Shown here one piece after another: positions 62,801 through 64,000 of a stretch of DNA of 64,000 nt. The stretch is from Bugula neritina (taxonomy: Eukaryota; Animalia; Bryozoa): the NCBI GenBank assembly GCA_964035545.1, contig OZ037766.1, forward strand, positions 12,266,722 through 12,330,721, in the 5' to 3' direction. Position 1 is the first letter of the stretch, and every line of letters begins with the position of its first letter. A program made the translations under genes and the position numbers. The notes beneath the pieces were generated by a model. It saw nothing but the letters and a program-made list of their open reading frames with translations, ran no database searches and was not told where the DNA came from.

Positions 62801-64000
62801 CTAGCTCTTCAGCAACAGTCTGATCTGGTTCTTCAGAAACTGTCTGGTCGGGCTCTTCAGCAACAGTCTGGACTGGTTCTTCAGCCACAGTCTGGTCTGG
62901 TTCTTCAGAGACAGGTTGGTCCGGTTCTACAGTGACCACAGGCTCACTTTCAACAGCTTCTACAGCTTCAGGTACAAGCTCTTCTTCAGCAGCGACAGAG
63001 TCAGCAGCGTCTCTGATTTCTGCTTTAATGTCGTCAGTTGCAGGTTGTTCAGCATCTGCTTGTTCCCCAGGAACGGGCAGGTCGGCTTCTTTAGCAAGAG
63101 CGGAGACAGATTCCTCAACAACTGGCTGGTCTAGTTCTTCAGCAGCTGTCTGGTCTGGCTCTTCAGAGACATGCTGGTCTAGTTCATCAGTGGGTATCTG
63201 ATCTGGCTCATCAGCAACAGTCAGATCTGGTTCTTCTGAGACAGGCTGGTCCTCTTCAGCAACCGTCTGGTCTGGTTCTTCAGAAACCATCTGGTCTGGT
63301 TCTTCACCAACAGTATAGTCTGGTTCTTCAGCAACAAGCTGCTCTTTTTCAGCAACAGTCTGGTCTGGCTCCCCACCAACAGTCTGGTCTGGCTCTTCAG
63401 CAACAGCCTGGTCTGGTTCTTCAGAGAGAGGTTGGTCCGGTTCAACAGTGACCACAGGCTCACTTTCAACAGCTTCTACAGCTTCAGGTACAAGCTCTTC
63501 TTCAGCAGCGACAGAGTCAGCTACGTCTCCGATTTCTGCTTTAATGTCGTCAGTTGCAGGTTGTTCAGCATCTGCTTGTTCCCCAGGAACGGGCAGGTCG
63601 GCTTCTTCAGCAAGAGCAGAGACTGAATCCTCAACAATTGGCTGGTCCGGTTCTTCAGCAGCTATCTGGTCTGGCTCCTCAGTGGGCGTCGGGTCTGCCT
63701 CATCAGCAACAGTCAGATCTGGTTCTTCTGAGACAGGCTGTTCTTCTTCAGCAACAGTCTGGTCTGGTTCTTCAGAAACCGTCTGGTCTGGCTCTTCAGA
63801 AACCGTCTGGTCGGGCTCTTCAGCAACAGTCTGGTCTGGTTCTTCAGCAACCGTCAGATCTGCTCCCACAGCAACAGTCTGGTCTGGTTCTTCAGCAACA
63901 GTCTGGTTTGATTCTTCACCAATAGTCTGGGTTAGCTCATCAGAGACTAGTTGGTCTGGTGCACCAGTGGGCGTCTGGTTTGCCTCATCAGCAACCATAG
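41810..64000 (-). CDS. Giant exon (>=22.19 kb, >=7,390 codons) of an acidic E/D/P/Q/V/A/T-rich repeat protein; putative giant ankyrin insert
   Basis: Uninterrupted ORF 63998-41796, apparently continuing past the window edge; phase-1 donor TCAG|gtttgt at 41810; built from EEPDQTVA 8-mers. Repeat indels all preserve frame. Confidence 0.85.
46400..52280 (-). repeat. 2112-bp (704-aa) higher-order repeat within the giant exon
   Basis: Shadow ORFs recur at an exact 2112 offset: 46774/48886/50998, 48137/50249, 48521/50633, 49764/51876. Confidence 0.9.
55850..59680 (-). repeat. 1917-bp (639-aa) higher-order repeat within the giant exon
   Basis: Shadow ORFs recur at an exact 1917 offset: 55966/57883, 56681/58598, 57112/59029. 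Confidence 0.9.

Noticed and set aside
42188-63925. Dozens of plus-strand and alternate-frame ORFs (up to 690 aa; WSGSSATV, LLKNQTR and QQQSGL repeats)
   Set aside because: Shadow frames of the repetitive minus-strand exon; they break repeatedly while only the acidic frame stays open for 22 kb.
42800-64000. 24-bp periodic array as CRISPR or non-coding satellite
   Set aside because: No unique spacers, no cas genes, eukaryotic context, and all indels keep the reading frame.
28353-64000. Assigning a gene symbol (Ank2/unc-44) or titin/futsch identity
   Set aside because: No folded domain is in the window; ankyrin identity rests on short motifs only, so no symbol is given.

Overview
AT-rich, intron-containing eukaryotic (invertebrate-like) DNA in two parts. 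LEFT (1-25.4 kb): a cluster of three paralogous 5-exon genes (A minus 2029-7915, B plus 11276-13668, C minus 17937-21677) that the ORF track shows only as fragments. Spliced by hand, each has the layout short cytosolic N-terminus / hydrophobic type-II anchor / BRICHOS-like domain with acidic insert / furin site R-x-K-R / C-terminal 4-Cys beta-hairpin-type peptide, the architecture of polychaete BRICHOS antimicrobial peptide precursors (arenicin, alvinellacin, capitellacin). The scaffold exons are nearly identical but the predicted mature peptides differ radically: B RVSCYNRYYCYIIFRRAYCYVRRICTIRG (+7), C QVICSYYYYYRCYPFDEEIYCYIYRICV (-1, Tyr-rich), A ETYCITIYICYKVAGTTVCHP... (probable pseudogene). 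B and C sit in the arms of a large inverted duplication. The cluster also holds two solo LTRs (one inserted exactly on the exon-2 splice acceptor of C), MITEs and decayed DNA transposons. RIGHT (28.3-64 kb, minus strand): 3' part of a giant acidic, disordered protein gene with a >22-kb repeat exon (8-aa EEPDQTVA units in higher-order repeats), a 4.8-kb exon, micro-exons and alternative C-termini. Short motifs suggest a giant ankyrin (UNC-44L/Ank2-XL-like), but no ANK, ZU5 or death domain is in the window. All gene models come from reading the sequence by eye; no database search was run and the species is unknown.
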